From Eledone cirrhosa (taxonomy: Eukaryota), in the NCBI GenBank assembly GCA_964016885.1, contig OZ024742.1, positions 287,184,001 through 287,248,000 of the forward strand: DNA of 64,000 bases, read 5' to 3'. The notes under the pieces were generated by a model. It was not told the origin of the DNA. It saw only the letters and a list, made by a program, of their open reading frames with translations, and ran no database searches. Each line of letters begins with the position of its first letter. Position 1 is the first letter of the stretch. Below, piece after piece: positions 46,481 through 58,410 of the stretch. Both the position numbers and the translations under genes were made by a program.

Positions 46481-47823
46481 CAGTGCCCCGCAAAAGTTTA
46501 CAACACATTAGGAAAAATGCGGTTTTAGGTATTTTTAATAAAGTTAGGGTAATGAAAATTTAACTACTGATAGAACATATAATGAGGCATTTAATGATAC
46601 AATCATATTTAAAAAAAAATAACAAGGAAATAACTCGTGAAGAAAAATCAATATTTTTATAATGCAAAAGTTTACAACACATTTATTAAATCATCTCTTA
46701 ATATTTCGTAGCGTAACCTTTGTTGCTAATTACAACCTGTAGACGTTTGGAGTAGCCTCCTACAAACTTCTTGCATGTTTCTTGGCTAATATTTTTCCAT
46801 TCTTCACAACAAATTTTCTTTAGTTCAGGGATATTTTGGGGTTTCCTTTTTTGAATTCTGAGTTTCAGTTCTCCCCACAAATTTTCGATCGGGTTAAGAT
46901 CTAGAGACTGACTTGGCCATTTTAGAACATTTATTCCATTCGTACTTTTGCCACAGCATTTCGAACAAAAAGTTCAATTTTTGTTTCGTCCGACTAAAGT
47001 ACATCTTCCCAAAATGACGCAGGTTTGATGAGATGCTCATTTGCAAAGTTTAATCGACGAAGAACGTGTTTCCTCGTAAGAAGTGGTGTTTTCCTTGGAA
47101 ACCTCGAGAAGATATCATATCGACGAAGTGAACGACTAATTGTATCTGTGCTCACTTTTACTCCACTTCCTTCTAGGTCATCCTGAAGATTTTTAAGAGT
47201 ACACCGGGGTTCATTGCCAACCTTTCTCGTCAGTAACCGAGCTGCACGTTCCGTTATCTTTCTAGGACGACCAGAACTAATTAGAGGACAGATGGAATGA
47301 TGAGATTTCCAGTGACGAATTATAGTACCAACTGAACTCAATGGCACATTTAACTGACAAGTTATTTTTCTATAACCAACACCATTTGTATGAAGGTCTA
47401 TAATGCGTTTACGGAGGTCTTGATCAATCAGTTTATTTTTTCCCCATATTGTCAATGTTTACAGGGCGGTTGTCAATGTTTACAGGATGGTTGTCAGACA
47501 AATAATGACGTAATGTTTTTAATAGTCCTTAGAAGTTACCTTAAACCTAATCTAGAACATTCTACTGAATTTTAAATCTGAAAATTTAAGAATTTTCTAG
47601 AAAAAAAGCGATAAATATAAAATGTGTTGTAAACTTTTGCGTCATAAAAATATTGATTTTTCTTCATGAGTTATTTCCTTGTTATTTTTTAAAAAATATG
47701 ATTGTATCATTAAATGCCTCATTATATGTTCTATCAGTAGTTAAATTTTCATTACCTTAACTTTATTAAAAATACCTAAAACCGCACTTTTCCTAATGTG
47801 TTGTAAACTTTTGCTGGGCACTG
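46481..47823 (-). mobile_element. Tc1-family DNA transposon, IR/DR type, internally deleted
   Basis: TA-flanked CAGTG...CACTG; ~204-bp TIRs, each with two GCAAAAGTTTACAACACAT direct repeats. Confidence 0.95.
46698..47447 (-). pseudogene. Tc1 transposase pseudogene
   Basis: Paired-like HTH and SGRPRK; VL*SDETKIELF (premature stop); region around the second catalytic Asp deleted; WPSQSLDLNPIENLW...KGYATKY; 1-nt frameshift just after the ATG. Confidence 0.92.
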
Positions 47824-47923
47824 TATATATATATATATATACACACATATATATATACACCCACACACATATATACGTATATATATACACACACACATAT
47901 ATATATATGTACACCCACACACA

Positions 47924-47965
<42 letters not shown>

Positions 47966-49706
47966 TATATATATATATATTGGTAAAAGGAAAAGAAGAT
48001 GCTGACAAATTGTTCCCAGTGAAAAATAGTTTAATTAGGAATAAGTAAAAATTAGTAATAGTATTGGTTAGTATTCAGTTTTGGTTTTAAGTTTTACCGG
48101 TTGCGCATTTCTAATGCTTTTCAAAAATAATTTTGAGATAGAGCGCCCGTGATGTTTGCTCTAATCATATATATATGTACACCCATACACATATATATGT
48201 ATATATATATATATATATTTCGTTTCTGAATTTGTTTAGCAAGATTCTTTATCTGAAATCGTGTGTTGAAACCGATATTGTTATACTTTGGGAGGGTCAT
48301 GTTGCCAATAAGAAACACACGCACCAGTTGCTTTCACTTCAATTTATTATATATTTATAAATTTATAAATTTACAAATCTACAAACTTATAAATTTCTGG
48401 TTGGTTGGTTGGTTCCACAACCAGATAGTTGTTTATATATAGTCATAGTCCTTTCGTCACACACTCTGTGACCTCTTCAGTGACTGGGGATTCCTTTCTT
48501 TGTTTCTGTGCCTTTCCTTTCTTCTGTCATACGCCATTTTGTTTCTGTGTGTGTGTTGTGTGCTCAGTTTGCGCATGCGCCACATCCGGGTGTCTGTGTG
48601 TGTTTGTGTTCATTTATCTATTTGTTTATTTATTTACATGTTGTTGGTTGGTTGTTTGTTCTATGTGTGTGTGTGTTTTCATTTTGTCCTTAATTGTAAG
48701 TTGTGATGTTGCTGTTCCACTCATATTTTCTATTTAATTTTGGTTGTAATTCTTTTATGCTTACTGCCTCTGTAATTTGCCTAAACATTGCATCTTTTCT
48801 GTGTGTGGATTCTATTTTTATTTCTATGTTCTCTAATTTACCCTTGTGTTCTATCTTAGCATGTTGGTAGAGTACAGATGATTCTTTATTATCTTGAAGG
48901 TCTCGCCAGTGTTCATTTATCCGTTCCCCTATACTACGAGCTGTCTCACCTATGTACACTATATTTTTGTTTCTACATTGTCCTTCAGTACATCTTATGC
49001 TATACACTACATTTCTAGTTTTACAGTTAATATGGGGGCTTATTTTACAGGTTATACATTTCTTATCTATACATGAGGGTCTTTGGAACGGGTATGTCTT
49101 GCTAATAAGTGTTTTTACGGAGGTACCTGGTCTTTCTACTATCTTAATATTGAGTTTATGTTTATTTAGGGCCCTTCTAAATTTGTAGGCTAGTTCGCCT
49201 CTAGGGGTTGTATTGATGAACATTACACTCTGGTATTTATTGCTATCATACCATGAGTTTATTCTATTGGCCTTGTTCCTAGTTCTTTCTATTCTATTCC
49301 AAAATTTGCTCCTATACAAGGGGCAGGTCCCATTTATGTCATTATTTACCATTTTTTCCCATTTAGTTCTGGCTCCTCTATACACTCTGATTCTATCTCT
49401 CTGATTGTAGCCAGAGAACTGCATACGGTGGATGAAGTGTTGTATGTGTCTCTCTAGTTCTTCGGGGTTGCACATGCGGGACACATTTCTCATCAACCGT
49501 ACCAAATCCGCAATCAGTATGTTGATTTTGGTATGGTCCGAAATGGCCGAGTTTCGGTGGATCAGATGTTTGGAAGTCATGGGTTTGGCATAATGGGAAT
49601 GGAGGATTTGTTTTTGGTTGTTAATGGAGCACACAACACACACACAGAAACAAAATGGCGTAGGACAGAAGAAAGGAAAGGCACAGAAACAAAGAAAGGA
49701 ATCCCC

Positions 49707-49751
49707 AGTCACTGAAGAGGTCACAGAGTGTGTGACGAAAGGACTATGACT
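49707..49751 (+). ncRNA. pLTR hammerhead ribozyme (other copies: 53773-53817 plus, 48441-48485 minus, diverged 56781-56823 minus)
   Basis: AGTCA-CTGAAGA-G-GTCACAGAGTGTGTGAC-GAAAG-GA-CTA-TGACT; stem I AGTCA/TGACT. Confidence 0.85.
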
Positions 49752-49860
49752 ATATATAAACAACTATCTGGTTGTGGAACCAACCAACCAACCAGAAATT
49801 TATAAGTTTGTAGATTTGTAAATTTATAAATTTATAAATAAATTGAAGTGAAAGCAACTG

Positions 49861-52800
49861 GTGCGTGTGTTTCTTATTGGCAACATGACCCTCCCAAAGT
49901 ATAACAATATCGGTTTCAACACACGATTTCAGATAAAGAATCTTGCTAAACAAATTCAGAAACGAAATATCGTAAGCCTTAGCCAGGCTAACAAGATACT
50001 GAAAACCACCATGTTCTGTTGTCTACGAAAAACCATAACATCTCGACAACTATCCTTCATAAAACAGTGTGCCTCTTCCAGAATCTACACCAACACCATC
50101 AATACCGACGTTAGAAGATTACAACTCACCAAAAAACAAGCAGATAGGCTAAAACGAACATTAAATCTAAACATAAAAAAGAAGATCTATAGAGAATTAA
50201 GTCATCAAGAAAAACAAAAGCGTAACCTAATACAAGAAATAGCTAGAATCACCACACCAAGAGAGAAACTAATATTTATAAGCCTTATACGCCCTGAAGA
50301 ACAGTACATTACTCAAGAATGTGATAAGCACTTTAACAGGAAACTAAAGTGGCTTAAACAGGCAAAGCTAAATCAGGATACTATAGAGTATACCAATAGA
50401 TATCCCGACAAAATTGACGGTATCAACATGGCCGACACCTCATTATCAGAAGAGTTCAACAACAAAAACACCAACATATATGGGAACACAAAATTAGATA
50501 ATGATGAAATGTCTGTGTTATGTTTGCCGCCGAAATTTGCGACATTCAAGAAGGTAAATATGATTAGTTGTCTGTCAGAAATAGAAAAATCATTTACAAA
50601 ACTACGCTGGAGCATCAAAAACAAAAGCAACAATATACGCACACACATATACAACACACATCCCAACAACAACAGACACACAGACACAAACAATAATAAC
50701 AACAACACACACATCAACAACAACAACAATAACAACATACCCAGAAACAACAACAACAGACACGCAGACACAAACAACAATAACAACACACACAACAACG
50801 ATAACACACACGGAGACAACAACACACATCAACAACAGCACACATCAACAACAACAACACACACGCATTCAATGCCTCTCACCACCACCACAATCTTAAC
50901 AAACACACAGACACAGAAAACAAGTAATGACAGTAGCACAGAAATCACAGAAATAAGGGAAAGTAATAGGATTAAAAAGAGAAGGGAGACTAAGGACAAA
51001 GAGAATAACCAAGACGAACACACAGACATACAAAATAGGGTAGATAACAACATTGAGCCAGTGGAAAGAGACAGGAGTAATTATGAGAGACATAGAAACA
51101 ACCATGAGGCTGTTGGTGGAAATAGAAATAGAAACAACACAACTAACAATAACAATAGCACTAGTACACATAAAGCAGCAGCCTGGAACTCTCCGTTTTA
51201 TAATCCCTCCGATAAATCATTCGACCTGCGACGAGTCCACGCCACGACTTTACCATTTAACAAACGCACGCAGTTGCCGTCGCAGGTCGATGAACAAACA
51301 GAAGCACAATTTAGTATAGCTAGATCCGAACTTAGAAATATTATAGAACAGTATAGCAAGAAGCATAATAGAATAGAGGCCCAGCAACTGGGAGAAAAAT
51401 CTGCAAATGGCTTGCGTAAGCTCATGCAGCGCTCACGTAATGGAGAGATAGCATGCTTTCCAACAGACAAGTCTGGCAGAATGTCGGTTGACAGCCTGCC
51501 AAACTACATCCAGGCAATGCAACCCCACATCACTAACACAAGAGAGGTAACACCACAGGAGCATGAGGATAGAGAAAAAGCCCCCAATGCCCATATGGTG
51601 ATGTGGACGAATATAATGCAGCCCAACAAAAGGACTGCCAACAACTTCCAGGCCTGGAACAATGACGTGCCGGCGTTGTATGGGCTTCGAAAAGACCATA
51701 AAACGGGCTGTGACCCTGTCGCGGGACCACCAACACGGTCAGTCTGTGGAGCTAACATTGCTAGTAACTACAGACTGTCCTACTTTCCCTCCCTGATCAT
51801 ACGCCCCATCATTGAGATGTCCCCAGATGTATGTGACAGCACGGAGGACCTCCTCAGCAGAATCGGCGTGAGTAACCGATCTGGGGACCTAACACACTGC
51901 ATAATAGGCAGTATGGATGTTGTGTCCCTGTATCCATCTATTGACGTGGATTTTGCTGTGGAGAAATGCGTAGAAATGATCAGCGAGAGCAAGGTTGAGT
52001 TCCGTGGGATTGATACCAGTGAGCTGGGACTTCTACTTAAGCTTACCCATAGTAATAGTTACCTAGACACTTATGACCTTAGCAACCTGTGCCCTACAAG
52101 ACCAGCAAGAGGCAGACCACCTACCATTACCTCAATGGCCAAGAAAACCCACACAGATAGATGGAACGGGTGGACCAGAGCCATACGGACACCCGAAAAC
52201 CACGATGAACTGAAGAAAATGATTGCACATGCGGTAGGGGCCAGCATAAAATTAACCCTTAAGGAACATATGTTCAAATTTAATGGAAAAACATATGCCC
52301 AAGAGGAAGGAGCAGCCATTGGTGTTAGCATTGCAGGCGACATAGCTAACTTATTCATGGTATGGTGGGACAGTAGACTTAAACTTAAACTTAAAGAACA
52401 ATTAGAAGACAGCTTAACCCTGATAATGTACTCCCGCTACGTAGATGATATAAACATCGTAGTTAAGACACCCCCACTAGAGAACAGTCAGGAACTAGAG
52501 AAAAACACAATGGAAAGCATCCAGCAAATAGCAAACTCCATCCACCAGAGCATTAGAGTTACTATAAACTACCCAAGTAGACACCCCAACCATCGATTAC
52601 CTGTACTAGACACAGAGCTCTGGTTAGATACCATTAACAACAAAAAACAAATCCTCCATTCCCATTATGCCAAACCCATGACTTCCAAACATCTGATCCA
52701 CCGAAACTCGGCCATTTCGGACCATACCAAAATCAACATACTGATTGCGGATTTGGTACGGGTGATGAGAAATGTGTCCCGCATGTGCAACCCCGAAGAA

Positions 52801-53568
52801 CTAGAGAGACACATACAACACTTCATCCACCGTATGCAGTTCTCTGGCTACAATCAGAGAGATAGAATCAGAGTGTATAGAGGAGCCAGAACCAAATGGG
52901 AAAAAATGGTAAATAATGACATAAATGGGACCTGCCCCTTGTATAGGAGCAAATTTTGGAATAGAATAGAAAGAACTAGGAACAAGGCCAATAGAATAAA
53001 CTCATGGTATGATAGCAATAAATACCAGAGTGTAATGTTCATCAATACAACCCCTAGAGGCGAACTAGCCTACAAATTTAGAAGGGCCCTAAATAAACAT
53101 AAACTCAATATTAAGATAGTAGAAAGACCAGGTACCTCCGTAAAAACACTTATTAGCAAGACATACCCGTTCCAAAGACCCTCATGTATAGATAAGAAAT
53201 GTATAACCTGTAAAATAAGCCCCCATATTAACTGTAAAACTAGAAATGTAGTGTATAGCATAAGATGTACTGAAGGACAATGTAGAAACAAAAATATAGT
53301 GTACATAGGTGAGACAGCTCGTAGTATAGGGGAACGGATAAATGAACACTGGCGAGACCTTCAAGATAATAAAGAATCATCTGTACTCTACCAACATGCT
53401 AAGATAGAACACAAGGGTAAATTAGAGAACATAGAAATAAAAATAGAATCCACACACAGAAAAGATGCAATGTTTAGGCAAATTACAGAGGCAGTAAGCA
53501 TAAAAGAATTACAACCAAAATTAAATAGAAAATATGAGTGGAACAGCAACATCACAACTTACAATTAA
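49861..53568 (+). CDS. Penelope-like RT + GIY-YIG endonuclease, uninterrupted 1235 codons (first ATG at 49885)
   Basis: TDKSG, SMDVVSLYPSI, GAAIGVSIAGDIANLFM, YSRYVDD, CxxC linker, NVVYSIRC...VYIGET...R..EH, EAVSIKELQPKLN. Confidence 0.95.
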   Translation: MRVFLIGNMTLPKYNNIGFNTRFQIKNLAKQIQKRNIVSLSQANKILKTTMFCCLRKTITSRQLSFIKQCASSRIYTNTINTDVRRLQLTKKQADRLKRTLNLNIKKKIYRELSHQEKQKRNLIQEIARITTPREKLIFISLIRPEEQYITQECDKHFNRKLKWLKQAKLNQDTIEYTNRYPDKIDGINMADTSLSEEFNNKNTNIYGNTKLDNDEMSVLCLPPKFATFKKVNMISCLSEIEKSFTKLRWSIKNKSNNIRTHIYNTHPNNNRHTDTNNNNNNTHINNNNNNNIPRNNNNRHADTNNNNNTHNNDNTHGDNNTHQQQHTSTTTTHTHSMPLTTTTILTNTQTQKTSNDSSTEITEIRESNRIKKRRETKDKENNQDEHTDIQNRVDNNIEPVERDRSNYERHRNNHEAVGGNRNRNNTTNNNNSTSTHKAAAWNSPFYNPSDKSFDLRRVHATTLPFNKRTQLPSQVDEQTEAQFSIARSELRNIIEQYSKKHNRIEAQQLGEKSANGLRKLMQRSRNGEIACFPTDKSGRMSVDSLPNYIQAMQPHITNTREVTPQEHEDREKAPNAHMVMWTNIMQPNKRTANNFQAWNNDVPALYGLRKDHKTGCDPVAGPPTRSVCGANIASNYRLSYFPSLIIRPIIEMSPDVCDSTEDLLSRIGVSNRSGDLTHCIIGSMDVVSLYPSIDVDFAVEKCVEMISESKVEFRGIDTSELGLLLKLTHSNSYLDTYDLSNLCPTRPARGRPPTITSMAKKTHTDRWNGWTRAIRTPENHDELKKMIAHAVGASIKLTLKEHMFKFNGKTYAQEEGAAIGVSIAGDIANLFMVWWDSRLKLKLKEQLEDSLTLIMYSRYVDDINIVVKTPPLENSQELEKNTMESIQQIANSIHQSIRVTINYPSRHPNHRLPVLDTELWLDTINNKKQILHSHYAKPMTSKHLIHRNSAISDHTKINILIADLVRVMRNVSRMCNPEELERHIQHFIHRMQFSGYNQRDRIRVYRGARTKWEKMVNNDINGTCPLYRSKFWNRIERTRNKANRINSWYDSNKYQSVMFINTTPRGELAYKFRRALNKHKLNIKIVERPGTSVKTLISKTYPFQRPSCIDKKCITCKISPHINCKTRNVVYSIRCTEGQCRNKNIVYIGETARSIGERINEHWRDLQDNKESSVLYQHAKIEHKGKLENIEIKIESTHRKDAMFRQITEAVSIKELQPKLNRKYEWNSNITTYN

Positions 53569-53975
53569 GGACAAAATGAAAACACACACACACATAGAAC
53601 AAACAACCAACCAACAACATGTAAATAAATAAACAAATAGATAAATGAACACAAACACACACAGACACCCGGATGTGGCGCATGCGCAAACTGAGCACAC
53701 AACACACACACAGAAACAAAATGGCGTATGACAGAAGAAAGGAAAGGCACAGAAACAAAGAAAGGAATCCCCAGTCACTGAAGAGGTTACAGAGTGTGTG
53801 ACGAAAGGACTATGACTATATATAAACAACTATCTGGTTGTGGAACCAACCAACCAACCAGAAATTTATAAGTTTGTAGATTTGTAAATTTATAAATTTA
53901 TAAATATATAATAAATTGAAGTGAAAGCAACTGGTGCGTGTGTTTCTTATTGGCAACATGACCCTCCCAAAGTAT

Positions 53976-54070
<95 letters not shown>

Positions 54071-54073
54071 CAC

Positions 54074-54104
<31 letters not shown>

Positions 54105-54107
54105 CAC

Positions 54108-54142
<35 letters not shown>

Positions 54143-54145
54143 CAC

Positions 54146-54180
<35 letters not shown>

Positions 54181-54183
54181 CAC

Positions 54184-54312
<129 letters not shown>

Positions 54313-54321
54313 CATACATAC

Positions 54322-54420
<99 letters not shown>

Positions 54421-54435
54421 CATATATATATATAT

Positions 54436-54847
54436 GGTGGCTGCCAACTCGTTTTCGAGTATGGCCACTACTTTATATCCATGTAGGAGAACCCCGACCG
54501 ATGCGCTGAACGAGTGTGACTTTTTAGTCCAGCCAGCGACTTGAAAACTCTGGTACAAACACTACACCTGTGACAATTATTGACACATAGTGCTGGGCCC
54601 ATGGTACCATGTGACGACAAGGGCAGAGAGATCTCCAGATATAAAGCAATGCCTGTGCCGTGAAGCTTTTATAGTGAGGAAAGGCACTGCACAAAGCCAG
54701 TCCCACTCTCTTAACCAAGATGATATTTACCAAAAAGAAGAACAAGTCAACATCATTGGATACCATCAGGGTTGCAGGTGTTATATCAGAGTTTTCCTTC
54801 TCCTAGAATTCTGCCTTGACAAAGGCTAAGGGGTCATCTCTCCCGGA
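54436..54847 (-). mobile_element. Internally deleted RTE derivative (5'-UTR-like motif joined to a C2H2 finger and 3' end)
   Basis: Minus strand CTAGGAGAAGGAAAACTCTGA, then a frame encoding [22 protein letters not shown]; both ends in (TA)n. Confidence 0.55.
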
Positions 54848-54864
54848 TATATATATATACATAC

Positions 54865-54897
<33 letters not shown>

Positions 54898-55022
54898 CAT
54901 ACATATATATATATACATACATACATACATACATATATATATATACATACATACATATATATATACATACATACATACATACATATATATATATACATAC
55001 ATACATACATACATATATATAT

Positions 55023-55110
<88 letters not shown>

Positions 55111-55242
55111 GCAAATACACACACGCACATATATACATATATAACATATATACCTGCGTGTACGTGTATATACACACGCAAATACACAATATCTTCAAAG
55201 ACAGCCAGTAACTCATTTAAAAAAGTTAATGCAACAAGTTAC

Positions 55243-55328
55243 CTTTAAATTGTCGATTTCTAGTTGCATGTTATTAATCTCTTCGGCAATTTCCTCTCTC
55301 ATTATTGATATATCAGCCACACGTTCAT
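55243..55328 (-). CDS. TEKT3: Tektin coding exon 3 ([29 protein letters not shown])
   Basis: TAG acceptor, GTAACT donor, 86 bp, phase 1 to 0; tektin ER..DI motif. Confidence 0.85.
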
Positions 55329-55969
55329 CTATTAAAAAATACCACTATACATGTTAAAAATATAAGCAACTAAACAGATACTTTATTAACCGTGAGTAAA
55401 CAAAATAGAGATAGCGAATTGGCAGAGTCTACTCATGGGTCATTAAGAGTCTCAAAACACTGTGACCCTTTTTAGAGCACTGTGTTTATTGGAGAGAAGG
55501 GAGGAATTTGTCCTCAGATCGGAAATGTGTCTGGAATACTTGCAACATAGTGAAATCTGCTCAAGACACCAAAGAGCCTGATTGGTGGTGTTGAACCAGA
55601 CAAAGGATTGTTTACCACCCCAAAAAACAATCTGTCTGAAATAGTCTATTTGAGGAGTTCCCAAACTGTTTCTGAAGCTATGGTAGGAGACATTTGCTCA
55701 AGGTACCGCAGAGTAAAATAAAACCTGAAACCACTACGGAATGGTTTTGAAGTGAGCTTTTTAATCACAAAACCACATATCCACCCATGACTGGCAACAA
55801 ATCTAACGTAGGATTCTATCCTTGAGATCTGAACCCCTGATGGAGTCGTAGGGGTGCCGTCTCGGGTATTTTAAACTTGGTAGAGCCAACCCCACTCCAG
55901 TTCTAAATATTCTGGCAGTGAGTCAGAAGCAGTGTGAAAAAACCTGTGGACGAATCTACTCAAGTATTA

Positions 55970-56090
55970 CATTGGTACTTTATTTATTGACCACGGAAGA
56001 ATGAACGACTAAATTGAACAGTGCGTAGAGAGTCGGAACAAATACCGCAAAGTATTCTATCCGACGTTCTAATAACTCTGCCAATCCTCT
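55970..56090 (-). mobile_element. Degenerate tRNA-derived SINE fragment
   Basis: GGTACTTTATTTATTGACC...AATACCGCAAAG...CCGACGTTCTAA..ACTCTGCCAA (reverse A box). Confidence 0.5.
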
Positions 56091-56278
56091 ATTTTAAGTA
56101 AAGATTATTCTAACTAAAGACCAAGCTACAGATCCCTATCGTGTTAAAAGAGATTCGTGAAAGAAATACATTTCACAAGTTAACGATAATCTATCTAGAT
56201 ATAATATTATATGTAAAATAGCCGGCTTACTGTGCCACCAATAGGAACCCAATCTTTCTTTTTAAATGATCAACTTAC

Positions 56279-56457
56279 ATAATTTCCGTGTAGCGTCTTT
56301 CTGTCTATTTCTGGTACGAGCATCAATATCCTTCACTGTCCTCCAGGCATCACTCCGTAACCTTTCAGCCGTCGAACACTCCTTAGATGACTGGTTATAA
56401 GCACTTTTATTGGATAAATTCCAATCAGAACACGTATAACGCGGATATACCATGTTC
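56279..56457 (-). CDS. TEKT3: Tektin coding exon 2 (NMVYPRYTCSDWNLSN...AERLRSDAWR...DATRKL)
   Basis: RY...DW..SN and ERLR tektin N-terminal motifs; TTTTTTAG acceptor, GTAAGT donor, 179 bp, phase 2 to 1. Confidence 0.9.
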
Positions 56458-56568
56458 CTAAAAAATATATATTATACATATATTATATTATATTATATTA
56501 TATTATATGAAATTATATTATAGTGTGAGCTCACACATGTGTGTCTGTATATATAAATATATATATAT

Positions 56569-56905
56569 ATATTTCGTTTCTGAATTTGTTTAGCAAGATT
56601 CTTTATCTGAAAACGTGTGTTGAAACCGATATTGTTATACTTTGGGAGGGTCATGTTGCCAATAAGAAACACACGCACCAGTTGCTTTCACTCCAATTTA
56701 TTATAAATTAAATTTAAGAATTTATAAATTTCCGGTTGGTTGGTTGGTTGGTTCCACAACCGGACGGTTGTTCATATATTGTCAAAGTTCTTTCGTCACA
56801 CATTCTGTGATCTCTTCAGTGACTGGGGATTCTTCTCTTTGTTTTGTGCCTCTCCTTTGTCTGTCCTACGCCATCTTGTGTTTGTGTGTGTTGTGTCACA
56901 ACACA
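56569..56905 (-). mobile_element. Diverged solo pLTR of the same Penelope family
   Basis: Aligns by eye with 48215-48560, including the HHR, and ends at the same nucleotide (...CAGAAACGAAATAT). Confidence 0.9.
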
Positions 56906-56947
56906 CACACACACACACACATATATGCATATATACAAATTCATATG

Positions 56948-56982
<35 letters not shown>

Positions 56983-57094
56983 GAATGTATGTATAGTATA
57001 TTTGGCAATATACTGTATGTTTAATTAAACACATTTTGAAGACCATTCGCGAGGAGTTTTAAAGTATATGTCACTTACTTATTCTCGACAAAAG

Positions 57095-57168
<74 letters not shown>

Positions 57169-57209
57169 AATAAACGTGTAAACGTGCACATGAAAGCACA
57201 TGCAATATG

Positions 57210-57470
57210 TTTATGTATCTCAAATGCCTTGACAAGAACGACTAAAAAGTACAATGAGAACAAGGTAGGCGTCAGAACACCACCCTGCTTTACACCGTCA
57301 TCTACTTTTACTGGGTCAGAAACGGAATCATTGACATTAATCCTTGTTTTCATATCATCACAAAGCTGCTTGAACTTCTCAACAAAAACTGAAGGACAAC
57401 CTAATTTTCCAAAGATAATCCATTGTGCATCCTGATTCACGGTATCAAATGCCTTAGAATACCTCAATAA
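57210..57470 (-). mobile_element. RTE (BovB-like) RT fragment
   Basis: SKAFDTVN...LGCPSVF...GVKQGGVLTPTLFSLYF. Confidence 0.8.
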
Positions 57471-57496
57471 GGTTTTCGCGTTGTTCAAGACATGTG

Positions 57497-57554
<58 letters not shown>

Positions 57555-57696
57555 CGCATACACAAAATCTCTCTCTCTCTTTCACACACGCACACATACA
57601 CATATATATATATGTATGTATACACATTTTTATCGATCTTTATTCTTCTTATTTGTCGAACAGAGACAGATACAAATATAAACTCAGACACACACA

Positions 57697-57782
<86 letters not shown>

Positions 57783-57799
57783 CAAATGTACACTTTGAC

Positions 57800-57841
<42 letters not shown>

Positions 57842-57924
57842 GGTGTCCCAAAAATTGTATGCACACTTCAACAGCATTCTAATAAATATTGCCTGTACAA
57901 GTATACATTTTTGGGATACACTGC

Positions 57925-57961
<37 letters not shown>

Positions 57962-58047
57962 CGTGTGTGTGTTCATGTTTGGATCTCTCTCTGTTCGACA
58001 AATAATAAGAAAAAATAAGATCGATAAAAATAAGTTTCAAGTCTAGT

Positions 58048-58140
58048 TAGAAAAATTTACTGGGGTTCGATATGATCGACTAAATCAAGGCGATGCCCAG
58101 CATGGCCGCAGCCAACTGACAGAAAATAGTAATAGATAAA
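58048..58140 (+). mobile_element. SINE 3' fragment with CR1-like tail
   Basis: TACTGGGGTTCGAT...CAAGGCGATGCCCAGCATGGCCGCAGCC, similar to the 3' UTR at 10533-10575. Confidence 0.5.
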
Positions 58141-58193
58141 ACATACAAAAATAAATAAATAAACACATAAATGATTGAGAGATTTTGTCTGAC

Positions 58194-58363
58194 CTGGCTG
58201 GATTGTAAAAATGTTTGAAGTTGGTGGAGCCTCTGGCTGATCCATAACAGACACGTCGAGTGATATCAGTTATAAATGGAAAGCTTCGGTTCAGGTCAAC
58301 TGGTACAATGGAACTAGCTGTTCGACATCGAGCTAGTGGGGAAGGGTCTCGTAACACAGACAT
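58194..58363 (-). CDS. TEKT3: Probable tektin first coding exon (MSVLRDPSPL...HFYNPAR)
   Basis: TTTTTCAG-G-ATG start context; open for 170 bp to an AG|GTCAGA donor; phase 2 joins exon 2 to give NPAR-NMVYPRYT. The region itself is poorly conserved. Confidence 0.62.
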
Positions 58364-58410
58364 CCTGAAAAATAAGTTTCATAACTTGTTATACGTTGAT
58401 AGATAGATAT

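Larger units (their letters stand above)
48215..53983 (+). mobile_element. Penelope-like element: inverted 3' copy (48215-49627), 5' pLTR (49627-49970), ORF, 3' pLTR (53693-53983)
   Basis: 48215-49627 is the reverse complement of the element's 3' part from 52631; 49627-49910 is a direct repeat of 53693-53983; flanked by (TA)n. Confidence 0.95.

Noticed and set aside
48690-49763. 357-aa minus-strand ORF as a separate gene
   Set aside because: Inverted duplicate of the Penelope C-terminus fused to antisense pLTR sequence at the inversion junction.
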